A stretch of DNA of 64,000 bases from positions 11,739-75,738 of the forward strand of contig DUQS01000042.1 of the NCBI GenBank assembly GCA_012837685.1. Direction: 5' to 3'. A program made the position numbers and the translations under genes. The DNA is from Bacteroidales bacterium. GTDB taxonomy: Bacteria; Bacteroidota; Bacteroidia; Bacteroidales; Paludibacteraceae. Under the pieces are notes generated by a model. That model saw only the letters and a list, made by a program, of their open reading frames with translations. It was not told the DNA's origin and searched no databases. Below are positions 38,661 to 48,792 of this stretch, piece after piece. Within the stretch, counting starts at the first letter, position 1, and every line of letters begins with the position of its first letter.

Positions 38661-41600
38661 ATGGCATTTAAAAGAGAAAGTAAAATTAAGAATAATTTTA
38701 GCAAAATCACTATTGGATTGGCTTCTCCGGAGGAAATTCTGGAATCGTCCTACGGTGAAGTGCTAAAACCTGAAACCATCAATTATCGTACTTATAAGCC
38801 TGAACGAGACGGATTGTTCTGCGAGCGCATTTTTGGACCGGTAAAGGATTACGAGTGTCATTGTGGAAAATATAAGAGAATTCGTTATAAAGGCATTGTT
38901 TGCGACCGTTGCGGTGTTGAAGTTACCGAGAAAAAAGTGCGTCGTGAACGTACGGGACACATCCAATTGGTTGTGCCGGTGGCACATATTTGGTATTTCC
39001 GTTCGTTGCCTAACAAAATAGGCTATTTGTTGGGAATGCCCAGTAAAAAGTTGGATGCAATTATCTATTACGAAAAATATGTGGTAATTCAACGCGGTGC
39101 GTTAGAAGGCAATGAAGAAATAGTTGAAGGTGAATTGATTGAAGAAGAGCAATACCTCGAATTGATAGATTCGCTTCCTGCCGAAAATCAAATGTTGGAG
39201 GATAGCGACCCCAATAAGTTTATTGCTAAAATGGGAGCAGAGGCTGTTTACGACCTTTTGGTAAGGTTGGATTTAGACGAATTGTCGTTCGATTTGCGCC
39301 ACAAAGCCGATACTGACGGCTCGCAGCAACGTCGCGCCGAAGCGTTGAAACGTCTGCAAGTGGTGGAATCTTTCCGTGCTGCGCGTCATCGAAACAAACC
39401 GGAATGGATGATTCTCAAAACAGTTCCTGTAATTCCGCCCGAATTGCGTCCGTTGGTACCGTTGGATGGTGGTCGTTTTGCCACATCCGATTTGAATGAC
39501 TTATACCGTCGCGTTATTATTCGTAACAACCGTTTGAAACGTTTGATTGAAATAAAAGCTCCCGAAGTTATCTTGCGTAACGAAAAACGTATGTTGCAAG
39601 AGGCTGTGGACTCTTTGTTGGACAATTCTCGCAAATCGAGTGCTATGAAAACGGATGCAAACCGTCCGTTGAAATCGCTTTCCGATAGCTTGAAGGGTAA
39701 ACAAGGTCGTTTCCGTCAAAATTTGTTGGGAAAACGTGTCGATTATTCAGCTCGTTCGGTAATTGTTGTTGGACCTGAATTGAAAATGGGCGAATGCGGT
39801 CTTCCGAAAGAGATGGCGGCAGAACTTTACAAACCGTTCATTATCCGTAAATTAATCGAACGCGGTATAGTAAAAACAGTTAAATCGGCGAAAAAAATCA
39901 TCGATAGACGCGATCCGGTTGTTTGGGATATTTTGGAATATGTAATGAAAGGACATCCGGTTTTGCTGAACCGTGCTCCAACGTTGCACCGTCTTGGTAT
40001 TCAAGCTTTCCAACCGAAAATGATAGAAGGAAAAGCCATTCAACTTCACCCATTGGCATGTACTGCGTTTAATGCGGACTTTGACGGTGACCAAATGGCT
40101 GTTCACTTGCCACTAGGCAACGAAGCTATTTTGGAGGCTCAATTGCTGATGTTGCAATCGCATAATATTTTAAATCCTGCTAACGGTGCGCCAATTACAG
40201 TGCCTTCGCAGGATATGGTACTTGGATTGTATTACATGACGAAACCGCGTACAGGAGTTCTTGGCGAAGGTTTGAAGTTTTATTCACCCGAAGAAGTGGA
40301 AATTGCTTACAATGAGGGAAAAGTAGATTTGCATGCCAAAATTTCTGTTCGGGCGAAAGATATAGATGCCGAAGGTAAAATCATTACTCGCTTTATTGAG
40401 GAAACAACTGTAGGTCGTGTTATTGTGAATAAATACGTTCCCGAAGAAGTAGGTTTCATCAACGAATTGCTTTCCAAAAAATCATTGCGTGACATTATTG
40501 GTCGCGTTATTGAAACTTGCGGTATGGCACGTACGGCGCAATTTTTGGATGACATCAAAAATTTGGGTTACACCATGGCTTTTAAAGGCGGTTTGTCATT
40601 CAATTTATCCGACGTTATCATTCCGAAAGAAAAAGAAGAATTGGTAAATGCCGGTTATGCGGAAGTTGAAAGCATTATGTCCGACTATAATATGGGCTAT
40701 ATCACTTACAATGAGCGTTATAACCAAATTATTGATACTTGGACACGTGTAAACAGAGACTTGGCAGGTGTTGCTATCAAACAATTGGCTAACGACAACC
40801 AAGGATTCAACTCCATTTATATGATGTTGGATTCGGGAGCGCGTGGTTCAAGAGAACAAATTCGTCAGTTGTCCGGTATGCGTGGTTTGATGGCTAAGCC
40901 CCAAAAATCAGGTGCTGTAGGTGGTCAAATTATCGAAAATCCGATTTTGGCAAACTTTAAAGAGGGCTTGTCGATGTTGGAATACTTTATTTCTACCCAC
41001 GGTGCTCGTAAAGGTTTGGCTGATACGGCTTTGAAGACTGCTGATGCAGGATATTTGACACGACGTTTGGTAGACGTTTCGCACGACGTTATCATCACAG
41101 AAGAAGACTGCGGTACCTTGCGTGGACTTGTTGCTACAGAAATCAAGAATAAAGAAGAAGTTGTAGCGTCAATGTACGAACGCATTTTAGGACGTGTTTC
41201 CGTACATGATATTTTCCACCCGAACACGGGCGAATTGATTGTGGCTGCCGGTGAAGAAATAAAAGAAGATGCAGCCGCTAAAATTCAAGAATCGCCTATC
41301 GAACGTGTCGAAATTCGTTCGGTATTGACCTGTGAAGCTCCTAATGGCGTTTGTGTAAAATGTTACGGACGTAATTTGGCTACCGGTCGTATGGTACATA
41401 TTGGTGAAGCTGTCGGCGTTATTGCTGCACAATCCATTGGTGAACCCGGTACTCAGTTGACGTTGCGTACGTTCCACGTCGGAGGTATTGCGTCTAACGT
41501 AGCATCCGAATCAAGTATCGTTTCTCGTTACGACGGTATCCTTGAAATTGATGAACTTCGCGCCGTAGATGCCGTAGATGCATCTGGAAAAGCTCATAGA

Positions 41601-42962
41601 GTAGTAGTAGGTCGTTTGGCAGAAATACGCATTGTTGATGCTAACACAAAAATTGTTTTAACGACTCAAAATATACCTTACGGTTCTAAATTGTATATGA
41701 AAGCCGGTGATAAGGTGAAGAAAGGCGATAAGATTTGTGAATGGGATCCATTCAATGCCGTTATTATTTCCGAAGTTCAAGGTACTATCAAATTTGAAAG
41801 TGTTTTGGAAAATGTAACTTACAAAGTTGAGTCTGATGAAACTACCGGTTTACGCGAAAAAATTATTATTGAGTCCAAAGATAAAAACAAAATTCCTACG
41901 GCTCATGTAATGGATAAATCCGGTAATGTATTGAAAACGTACAACCTACCTGTTGGTTCTCACTTGGTAGTTGACGATAACACTTTTGTAAAAGCCGGTA
42001 GCTTGTTAGTAAAAATTCCTCGCGTTATTGGTAAAGCGGGCGATATTACCGGTGGTTTGCCACGTGTAACGGAATTGTTCGAAGCGCGCAATCCATCTAA
42101 TCCGGCTGTTGTTGCTGAAATTGATGGTGAAGTATCGTTTGGCAAAACAAAACGAGGCAACCGTGAAGTTTCCATTACTTCCAAAACAGGAGAAGAGAAA
42201 AAATATCTGGTGCCACTGTCAAAACAGATTTTAGTACAAGAAAGTGACTATGTTCGTGCCGGTACGCCGTTGTCTGATGGTGCTATTACTCCGGCTGATA
42301 TTTTGGCGATCAAAGGACCTACCGCTGTTCAAGAGTACATCGTTAATGAGGTGCAAGATGTTTACCGTCTGCAAGGTGTAAAAATCAACGATAAGCACTT
42401 TGAAGTGATTGTTCGTCAAATGATGCGTAAAGTTCAAATTGAAGACCAAGGCGATACTCGTTTTTTAGAGAGTCAAGTTGTTGACAAGCAAGAATTTATG
42501 GAAGAAAACGATCGTCTTTGGGGCAAGAAAGTAGTTCTGGATGCAGGAGATTCTGAAACCCTGAAAGCCGGACAGATTGTTACTGCACGTAAATTGAGAG
42601 ACGAAAATAGTGCTTTGAAACGTCGTGATATGAAGTTGGTTGAGGTTCGCGATGCGATGCCTGCTACATCAACACAGATGCTTCAAGGTATTACACGTGC
42701 CGCTCTGCAAACGAACAGCTTTATGTCGGCGGCGTCTTTCCAAGAAACAAAGAAAGTTTTGAACGAAGCTGCGATAAATGCTAAGGTTGATTATTTGGAA
42801 GGCATGAAGGAAAATGTTATTTGCGGTCACTTGATTCCTGCGGGAACAGGCTTGCGCGAATACGATAAACTGGTAGTAGCTTCTAAAGATGACTACCAAC
42901 GTTTGGCTGATGCCGGAAAGGATATGATAGATGCAGAAGCAATGATGGAAGAAATTCTGTAA
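38661..42962 (+). CDS. rpoC: DNA-directed RNA polymerase subunit beta'
   Basis: 1433 aa. Zinc motif [20 protein letters not shown], catalytic [12 protein letters not shown], trigger-loop region [16 protein letters not shown]. Confidence 0.98.
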   Translation: MAFKRESKIKNNFSKITIGLASPEEILESSYGEVLKPETINYRTYKPERDGLFCERIFGPVKDYECHCGKYKRIRYKGIVCDRCGVEVTEKKVRRERTGHIQLVVPVAHIWYFRSLPNKIGYLLGMPSKKLDAIIYYEKYVVIQRGALEGNEEIVEGELIEEEQYLELIDSLPAENQMLEDSDPNKFIAKMGAEAVYDLLVRLDLDELSFDLRHKADTDGSQQRRAEALKRLQVVESFRAARHRNKPEWMILKTVPVIPPELRPLVPLDGGRFATSDLNDLYRRVIIRNNRLKRLIEIKAPEVILRNEKRMLQEAVDSLLDNSRKSSAMKTDANRPLKSLSDSLKGKQGRFRQNLLGKRVDYSARSVIVVGPELKMGECGLPKEMAAELYKPFIIRKLIERGIVKTVKSAKKIIDRRDPVVWDILEYVMKGHPVLLNRAPTLHRLGIQAFQPKMIEGKAIQLHPLACTAFNADFDGDQMAVHLPLGNEAILEAQLLMLQSHNILNPANGAPITVPSQDMVLGLYYMTKPRTGVLGEGLKFYSPEEVEIAYNEGKVDLHAKISVRAKDIDAEGKIITRFIEETTVGRVIVNKYVPEEVGFINELLSKKSLRDIIGRVIETCGMARTAQFLDDIKNLGYTMAFKGGLSFNLSDVIIPKEKEELVNAGYAEVESIMSDYNMGYITYNERYNQIIDTWTRVNRDLAGVAIKQLANDNQGFNSIYMMLDSGARGSREQIRQLSGMRGLMAKPQKSGAVGGQIIENPILANFKEGLSMLEYFISTHGARKGLADTALKTADAGYLTRRLVDVSHDVIITEEDCGTLRGLVATEIKNKEEVVASMYERILGRVSVHDIFHPNTGELIVAAGEEIKEDAAAKIQESPIERVEIRSVLTCEAPNGVCVKCYGRNLATGRMVHIGEAVGVIAAQSIGEPGTQLTLRTFHVGGIASNVASESSIVSRYDGILEIDELRAVDAVDASGKAHRVVVGRLAEIRIVDANTKIVLTTQNIPYGSKLYMKAGDKVKKGDKICEWDPFNAVIISEVQGTIKFESVLENVTYKVESDETTGLREKIIIESKDKNKIPTAHVMDKSGNVLKTYNLPVGSHLVVDDNTFVKAGSLLVKIPRVIGKAGDITGGLPRVTELFEARNPSNPAVVAEIDGEVSFGKTKRGNREVSITSKTGEEKKYLVPLSKQILVQESDYVRAGTPLSDGAITPADILAIKGPTAVQEYIVNEVQDVYRLQGVKINDKHFEVIVRQMMRKVQIEDQGDTRFLESQVVDKQEFMEENDRLWGKKVVLDAGDSETLKAGQIVTARKLRDENSALKRRDMKLVEVRDAMPATSTQMLQGITRAALQTNSFMSAASFQETKKVLNEAAINAKVDYLEGMKENVICGHLIPAGTGLREYDKLVVASKDDYQRLADAGKDMIDAEAMMEEIL

Positions 42963-42981
42963 TTGCCTGTTTATAAGGAAG

Positions 42982-43018
42982 AAAAAATCCTGTTGGTTTT
43001 TGCCGACAGGATTTTTTT
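42982..43018. terminator. Bidirectional terminator between rpoC (+) and fmt (-)
   Basis: AAAAAATCCTGT(TGG) ... (CCG)ACAGGATTTTTTT, a perfect 12-bp stem with A-run and T-run arms. Confidence 0.8.
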
Positions 43019-43041
43019 ATTCTTTTTTTGTGGTGAATTTT

Positions 43042-44001
43042 TTACTGCATTTTCATAGTGTCCGAGAACTGAAATCCTCTTAAAAAATTGCAAATATCCA
43101 GCCGTTTTTTGCCGGCTAACTGCAACGAGGTAATATGAATAAAACCGTCTTGGCAAGCCACTTTCAAATAAGTTTTTCCATCGCAAAGCAAAGTGCCAGC
43201 AGCAAAAGCGTGCGAACACACTTCTTTTTTCGTTGTAAAAATTTTGATACTTACAGTTTTACCATCTGAAAATAGAAGTTCGCTCCAAGCAACGGGGTAG
43301 GGCGATAGTCCGCGAACAAAATTGTGAATTTGGTCGCAGGTTTGTGACCAATTAATTTGGCAGGTTTCTTTAAAAATCTTTGGCGCAGGTTTTAATTTTT
43401 CGCACGTTTTTTGTGGTTGTGCTTGAATGGTTCCGTCTATGATTTTATCGACCGTTTGCAGTACCAATTGTGCGCCTAATATCATTAATTTGTCGTGTAT
43501 AATTTCCGCATTGTCATTTTCACCGATTGCAATTTTTTCCTGCATAAGTATGTCGCCGGTATCAATTTGATGTTTCAGAAAAAATGTGGTAACGCCCGTC
43601 TCTTTTTCGCCGTTGATGATAGCCCAATTGATGGGAGCAGCTCCGCGGTATTGCGGCAACAGAGAAGCGTGTAGATTGAAAGTGCCGTAGGGTGGCATAT
43701 TCCAAACAATTTCAGGCAACATTCGGAAAGCTACAACTATTTGTAAATCAGCACGTAGGCTTCTTAACTCTTCGATAAAGGCGGCATCTTTTAAATTGTC
43801 GGGTTGCAGCAAATGCAGCCCTTTTGACATCGCATATTCTTTTACGGGCGAACACTGTATTTTATAGCCTCTGCCCATTGGTTTGTCAGGCATAGTTACC
43901 ACACCGACAATTTTGTAACCGTTTTCTACAAGGGCTTTCAGACTTTCCACAGCAAAATCCGGCGTACCCATATATACGATTCTAAAATCTTCCTTTTTCA
44001 T
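43042..44001 (-). CDS. fmt: Methionyl-tRNA formyltransferase
   Basis: RIVYMGTPDFAV, NLHASLLPQYRGAAPINWAI. ATG at 44001 (the track start 44019 is TTG), 1 nt after the nadK stop. Confidence 0.92.
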   Translation of the reverse strand: MKKEDFRIVYMGTPDFAVESLKALVENGYKIVGVVTMPDKPMGRGYKIQCSPVKEYAMSKGLHLLQPDNLKDAAFIEELRSLRADLQIVVAFRMLPEIVWNMPPYGTFNLHASLLPQYRGAAPINWAIINGEKETGVTTFFLKHQIDTGDILMQEKIAIGENDNAEIIHDKLMILGAQLVLQTVDKIIDGTIQAQPQKTCEKLKPAPKIFKETCQINWSQTCDQIHNFVRGLSPYPVAWSELLFSDGKTVSIKIFTTKKEVCSHAFAAGTLLCDGKTYLKVACQDGFIHITSLQLAGKKRLDICNFLRGFQFSDTMKMQ

Positions 44002-44002
44002 T

Positions 44003-44878
44003 TTAATTACGCTTGTCAATTCCCCACATCAGTTTGTTTTTCAATGTGTTAAAGAATGTGTGATTACCGCTTGGTTTAATTATTTTTATGGTGTGGTTTG
44101 CTCGTTTTATAAAAAGTTCCGTTTGTTCGGACATAATTTGCGAACGCCCGTCTAATGAAATGAGGTACGAGTGCGAACGGCTGAACATTTTCAGATGCAC
44201 GTCCCACGAATCGGGAATGATAAGCGGGCGGACATTTAGACTATGCGACGCTACGGGTGCCACAATAAGATTGCGTGCTTGCGGAACGAGTATGGGACCT
44301 CCTACGCTCAAGGAGTAAGCCGTAGAGCCGGTTGGCGTGGAAACGATTAAACCATCGGCTCTATAAGTATGAAAATATTCGCCGCCAACAAATGCCTCTA
44401 TGCTAATCATCGAAGATAAATCCTGTTTGAGGACAGCCACTTCGTTTAGCGCAAACGGAGAACCTTTGAAAGCATTATTGGAAGCGCTGACTTCCAAAAC
44501 AGAACGTTCTTCTATCGTAAAGTTCCGCTTGAGGATATCTGTCAAAACAGTTTCTATTTCGTTGATGGCTACATCGGCTAAAAACCCAAGTTTTCCCGTA
44601 TTGATACCTAAAATTGGAATATTTTTGTCGCCGACATGTTGAGCAGTGTTCAAAAAAGTACCGTCACCGCCTACACTTAATGCAACATCGGCATTAAAAT
44701 TACCGTCTTCAATCAAGTTGTAGTTTAAATCGTTTAACAAAGGTGATTGTTTTAAAAAATCATGTATCTGATTGTAAATCAGGATATCAACATTATTTTT
44801 CGATAGAAATCGTAAGATAATTTCCAACGGATAAATAATTTCTTTGCGATAAGTATTTCCAAAAATAGCAATTCTCAT
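44003..44878 (-). CDS. nadK: NAD(+) kinase
   Basis: 291 aa. GGDGTFL, GINTGKLGFL, STPTGSTAYSLS. Confidence 0.92.
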   Translation of the reverse strand: MRIAIFGNTYRKEIIYPLEIILRFLSKNNVDILIYNQIHDFLKQSPLLNDLNYNLIEDGNFNADVALSVGGDGTFLNTAQHVGDKNIPILGINTGKLGFLADVAINEIETVLTDILKRNFTIEERSVLEVSASNNAFKGSPFALNEVAVLKQDLSSMISIEAFVGGEYFHTYRADGLIVSTPTGSTAYSLSVGGPILVPQARNLIVAPVASHSLNVRPLIIPDSWDVHLKMFSRSHSYLISLDGRSQIMSEQTELFIKRANHTIKIIKPSGNHTFFNTLKNKLMWGIDKRN

Positions 44879-44969
44879 TTTTTTAGATTATTTTTGTAGT
44901 CGGATTTATACATTTTGCAATGCAAAATAACAAAATGTTGCCGATATAACCAAAAGTATCTGACGAAAA

Positions 44970-45683
44970 ATGACGAAATTAAGTGTAAATATCAACAAAA
45001 TAGCCACTTTGCGAAACTCACGCGGTGAGGATAACCCGAATGTGGTGAAGGTGGCGTTGGATTGCGAACGTTTCGGAGCGGAAGGTATTACGGTGCATCC
45101 GCGTCCCGACGAACGCCACATACGCTATCAGGATGTGTATGATTTAAAGTCTGTTTTGACGACAGAATTCAATATTGAAGGCTATCCTTCCGAAAAATTT
45201 GTCACTATGGTACAAATGGTTAAACCTACGCAAGTAACCTTAGTACCCGATGCTCCTGATGCTATAACTTCAAATGCCGGCTGGGATTGTAAAGAAAACG
45301 CCGCTTTTCTATACGATTTGGTTGCTCGTTTCCACGAAGCGGGCGTAAGAGTTTCCATTTTTGTCGGTACCGATATTTCAAACATTGAAGCCGCCGCAAA
45401 AACAGGCACCGATAGAATTGAACTATACACAGAACCTTATGATAAACGATTTGTTATCAATCCCGAAGAGGCAGTAAAACCTTTCGTTGAAGCGGCGCAA
45501 AAGGCGCGTGTTTTGGGCTTGGGTGTGAATGCCGGACATGATTTAAATTTGCGAAACTTGTCTTTTTTGCGTCAAAGTATACCTTTTTTGGAGGAGGTTT
45601 CAATAGGTCATGCACTCATTTGCGATGCACTTTATTTGGGATTGGAAGAGACAATAAAACGTTACAAACAACAACTTTTATGA
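44970..45683 (+). CDS. pdxJ: Pyridoxine 5'-phosphate synthase
   Basis: [36 protein letters not shown]. Confidence 0.93.
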   Translation: MTKLSVNINKIATLRNSRGEDNPNVVKVALDCERFGAEGITVHPRPDERHIRYQDVYDLKSVLTTEFNIEGYPSEKFVTMVQMVKPTQVTLVPDAPDAITSNAGWDCKENAAFLYDLVARFHEAGVRVSIFVGTDISNIEAAAKTGTDRIELYTEPYDKRFVINPEEAVKPFVEAAQKARVLGLGVNAGHDLNLRNLSFLRQSIPFLEEVSIGHALICDALYLGLEETIKRYKQQLL

Positions 45684-45704
45684 TGTTGAAATAAAATTTT
45701 CTTA

Positions 45705-45712
45705 TAACTTTG
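45705..45712 (+). promoter_or_regulatory. -7 box (TAACTTTG) upstream of the exbB-like gene
   Basis: Exact match in the pdxJ-exbB spacer, 48 nt before the ATG at 45760. Confidence 0.35.
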
Positions 45713-45759
45713 TCGTTGTATATTCAGAAATAGATTTTAAACTATAAAAAAATAAAATT

Positions 45760-46479
45760 ATGATTGTTTTACAGAATGTTGCGTTCTTAGCCGATTCTAC
45801 TGCGGCTGCAGTACCGGTTGCGCTTCCCGTTGCAGAAACGGAAGTTTCTCTCAGTTTTTTTGATATGGCGATAAAAGGCGGTGTCATTATGATTCCGATT
45901 GTCTTGTTATTGCTGATTGCGGTTTACATTTTTATCGAACGCGTGGTGGTTATCCGCAAAGCTTCGAAAGAAGACGCTTCGTTTATGAATCGCATTAAGG
46001 ACTATATTTATGATGGCAAATTGGATGCTGCTTTAAACTTGTGCAAAGACACTCGTTCTCCTTCGGCGCGAATGATTGAAAAGGGAATCAGTCGTTTGGG
46101 TAGACCTATGAGCGATGTGCTTGTAGCCATTGAAAATGTTGGCAATCTCGAAATTGCCAAATTGGAGAAAGGTCTCGGATTTTTGGCAACTATTGCCGGA
46201 GGCGCACCTATGCTCGGATTTCTTGGTACAGTAGTAGGTATGGTGGAAGCATTCTTCAAAATGGAACAAGCGGGTGGTAATACTGTCGATTTGAGTACGC
46301 TTGCCGGTGGCATCTACACGGCGATGGTAACGACCGTAGCAGGTCTTATTGTTGGTATTTGTGCCTATTTTGCTTACAACTATTTGGTTGGTCGTATTGA
46401 TAGAGTAATGCGCAACTTGGAAATCAAAAATATGGAATTCCTTGATTTACTGAACGAACCGGCTGCTGTTAAGAAATAA
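45760..46479 (+). CDS. MotA/TolQ/ExbB proton-channel family protein (ExbB-like)
   Basis: 239 aa with three TM helices. LATIAGGAPMLGFLGTVVGM and LAGGIYTAMVTTVAGL motifs. Followed by ExbD- and TonB-like genes. Confidence 0.88.
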   Translation: MIVLQNVAFLADSTAAAVPVALPVAETEVSLSFFDMAIKGGVIMIPIVLLLLIAVYIFIERVVVIRKASKEDASFMNRIKDYIYDGKLDAALNLCKDTRSPSARMIEKGISRLGRPMSDVLVAIENVGNLEIAKLEKGLGFLATIAGGAPMLGFLGTVVGMVEAFFKMEQAGGNTVDLSTLAGGIYTAMVTTVAGLIVGICAYFAYNYLVGRIDRVMRNLEIKNMEFLDLLNEPAAVKK

Positions 46480-46513
46480 ATGTTGGCATTTGGTTTTATT
46501 ATTTTGAATTATT

Positions 46514-46936
46514 ATGCTCAAAAAAAGAAATAAAGTAAGTCCTTCATTCAGCATGTCGTCAATGACGGATATTGTCTTCTTGTTGTTGCTGTTCTTTATG
46601 ATTGCATCAACAATGTCGTCGCCAAACGATTTGAAGATAAATTTGCCGCAAAGCAAAACGACTACTGCGACTAAGGCACATATCGTAAAGGTAGGTATCG
46701 ACGGCGAAGGTCATTATTTTGTTGCTGACGATGGCGAAAAACCTATACAGGTTGAATTTGAAGAGATTGAACCTTATCTGAAACATATACAAGCCGCCGA
46801 CTCGGCTGTTTATGTAGCTCTGCATGCCGATGAAAATGTTCCGTACAAAGAGATAGTGCGCATTTTGGACATTGCCAGCGAAAATCGTTTAAAATTGGTC
46901 ATTGCCACAAAGATACCCGACAAAACGACGGAGTGA
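46514..46936 (+). CDS. Biopolymer transport protein ExbD/TolR
   Basis: 140 aa. MTDIVFLLLLFFMI TM helix plus periplasmic domain (VALHADENVPYKEIVRILD). Confidence 0.88.
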   Translation: MLKKRNKVSPSFSMSSMTDIVFLLLLFFMIASTMSSPNDLKINLPQSKTTTATKAHIVKVGIDGEGHYFVADDGEKPIQVEFEEIEPYLKHIQAADSAVYVALHADENVPYKEIVRILDIASENRLKLVIATKIPDKTTE

Positions 46937-46939
46937 TTG

Positions 46940-47638
46940 ATGAACAAAAAGGCTAACATATATGCATCTATTGGAACTGCAATTTTTGCAGGGCTTCTTT
47001 TGGCGATTTTATTGCTGTTCGGTATGTCTGTATCCAAAGAAGAGCGTTTGGAGGGCTTGATGGTGAGTTTTGGCGACGAATTGGAAGGTTTTGGCGAACA
47101 ATCTGCAGTTGCCGAAAGTGCTGTCGAAATGCCGAAAATTTTGCCCGATGCCGAAAACTTACTGACACAAGAGGAAGAATCGGTCAATTTAGAAGCTGAG
47201 CGAGAAAAGAAAAAAGAAAAACAAAAACAACGTAAATACACGAAAGAAGAGCTGAGTATTATAGAAAAGACTCGAAAAGAAACTGAAAGTTTAAAATTTT
47301 CTTCTTCTTCTTCAGGTACGACAACAAGTGATGCTATGTCCGGTAATCCAATAGGGAAGGGTACTTCAGATGGGCACTCTTGGTCACTTGCAGGACGGGA
47401 TTTATTGGGAGATTTGGAAAGGCCGAAAAATTCTAATAATCAGGAAGGATTTATTGTTGTAATAATTAGTGTTGATAGTGATGGTAATGTAATAGAAGCA
47501 ACTATAGCATCACAAGGTAATACTATTGGCGATTTTGCATCGCGAGAAGCAGCAAAAGAGGCTGCCCGAAAAGCGAAATTTACAGCAGGGAAATCAAAAG
47601 CTATAGGAAAAATTATTTATCATTTTAGATTGAATTAA
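46940..47638 (+). CDS. TonB-family energy transducer (C-terminal TonB domain)
   Basis: N-terminal TM helix, charged Lys/Glu linker, C-terminal EGFIVVIISVDSDGNVIEATI...AAKEAARKAKFTAG. ATG at 46940 (the track start 46937 is TTG). Confidence 0.78.
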   Translation: MNKKANIYASIGTAIFAGLLLAILLLFGMSVSKEERLEGLMVSFGDELEGFGEQSAVAESAVEMPKILPDAENLLTQEEESVNLEAEREKKKEKQKQRKYTKEELSIIEKTRKETESLKFSSSSSGTTTSDAMSGNPIGKGTSDGHSWSLAGRDLLGDLERPKNSNNQEGFIVVIISVDSDGNVIEATIASQGNTIGDFASREAAKEAARKAKFTAGKSKAIGKIIYHFRLN

Positions 47639-47644
47639 ACAATT

Positions 47645-48193
47645 ATGAAAACTGTTTTTATTTTTCTTGCAAATGGATTTGAGGAAGCTGAAGCTTTGGT
47701 AACTGTTGATGTGTTGAGGCGTGCCGATTTTAAAGTGCAAACGGTATCAATAACACGTTCAAAACAGGTTGCCGGTGCACATGGCGTTGTGGTTGAGGCA
47801 GATGCGCTGATAGATGATGTTGATTTTTCGGCAGCCGATTGTTTAGTGCTTCCGGGAGGAATGCCGGGTACTTCAAATTTAGACCAAAGCGAAAAAGTTA
47901 AAACTCTTTTGACGCATCATTACCAAAAAGGAGGTTTGTTGGCGGCAATTTGCGCTGCGCCTTTGGTTTTGGGACGATTGGGAATGTTGAAAGGAAAAGA
48001 GGCTGTTTGCTATCCCGGATTTGAAAAATATTTAGAGGGCGCAACCATCGCAAAAGGTAAATTTGCGGTTAGTGGCAATATACTTACCGGTAAAGGTCCC
48101 GGTTGCGTTTTTGATTTTTCCTTAAAACTCGTTGAATTGTTGAGCAATAAAGAGTTAGCTGAACAAGTGGCTGACGGACTTATTTGGTCATAA
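47645..48193 (+). CDS. DJ-1/PfpI (YajL/ThiJ-like) family protein
   Basis: 182 aa. FEEAEAL, LVLPGG, nucleophile elbow AAICAAP. Confidence 0.88.
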   Translation: MKTVFIFLANGFEEAEALVTVDVLRRADFKVQTVSITRSKQVAGAHGVVVEADALIDDVDFSAADCLVLPGGMPGTSNLDQSEKVKTLLTHHYQKGGLLAAICAAPLVLGRLGMLKGKEAVCYPGFEKYLEGATIAKGKFAVSGNILTGKGPGCVFDFSLKLVELLSNKELAEQVADGLIWS

Positions 48194-48218
48194 ATGTTGT
48201 ATAATTTTTTTTCCAAAT

Positions 48219-48247
48219 AAAAACCGCTTTTCAAAAGCGGTTTTTTT
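48219..48247. terminator. Bidirectional terminator between the DJ-1 gene (+) and the HD gene (-)
   Basis: AAAAACCGCTTTTCAAAAGCGGTTTTTTT. Confidence 0.8.
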
Positions 48248-48253
48248 ATGGTG

Positions 48254-48790
48254 TTATTCGAATAAAATCATCCATTTTTTGAATTTTTCAATAGGTTTTT
48301 CGCCAAATTTAGCTAAAGAAGTAAGAATTTTTTCTGGTGTTAGCATCTCGTTTAAATGCGTTTTTGAAAAGAATTTATCGGCATAGCAAATAATCTGTTC
48401 TTCCCAGCTTATGGGACACATATCGCGGTGAGGCAGAGGTAATTGGCGTTTTTTTATCTCTTCCAGCGACAAACCTGTTCCCGTATGGCGCTCGCAAACC
48501 AACGCATGCCGTTCGTAACCTTCTTTACGCATCAATTCAGCACCCAAATAACCATGTTCTATGTAGTTGGCTTTGCCGGTACAATGGATGCCGGGTGCAT
48601 GGGTTAAAAATATACCGATATCGTGCAACATAGCCGCTTCGGCAATAAAAGTTTTATCTGGCTGCAATTCGGGATGTCGTTCAGCAATTTCCAAAGCTTT
48701 TGCGGTTACCGAACGACTGTGCGATAACAGTATAGTGTACAGCGGTGTGCCTTCAGTGTAATATTTGTCGATGATTTCTAACGGATGCAT
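48254..48790 (-). CDS. HD-domain phosphohydrolase
   Basis: 178 aa. H...HDIG (AAMLHDIGIF), later HTGTG and ADKF. No signal peptide. Starts 2 nt after the upstream nuclease stop. Confidence 0.8.
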   Translation of the reverse strand: MHPLEIIDKYYTEGTPLYTILLSHSRSVTAKALEIAERHPELQPDKTFIAEAAMLHDIGIFLTHAPGIHCTGKANYIEHGYLGAELMRKEGYERHALVCERHTGTGLSLEEIKKRQLPLPHRDMCPISWEEQIICYADKFFSKTHLNEMLTPEKILTSLAKFGEKPIEKFKKWMILFE

Positions 48791-48792
48791 AC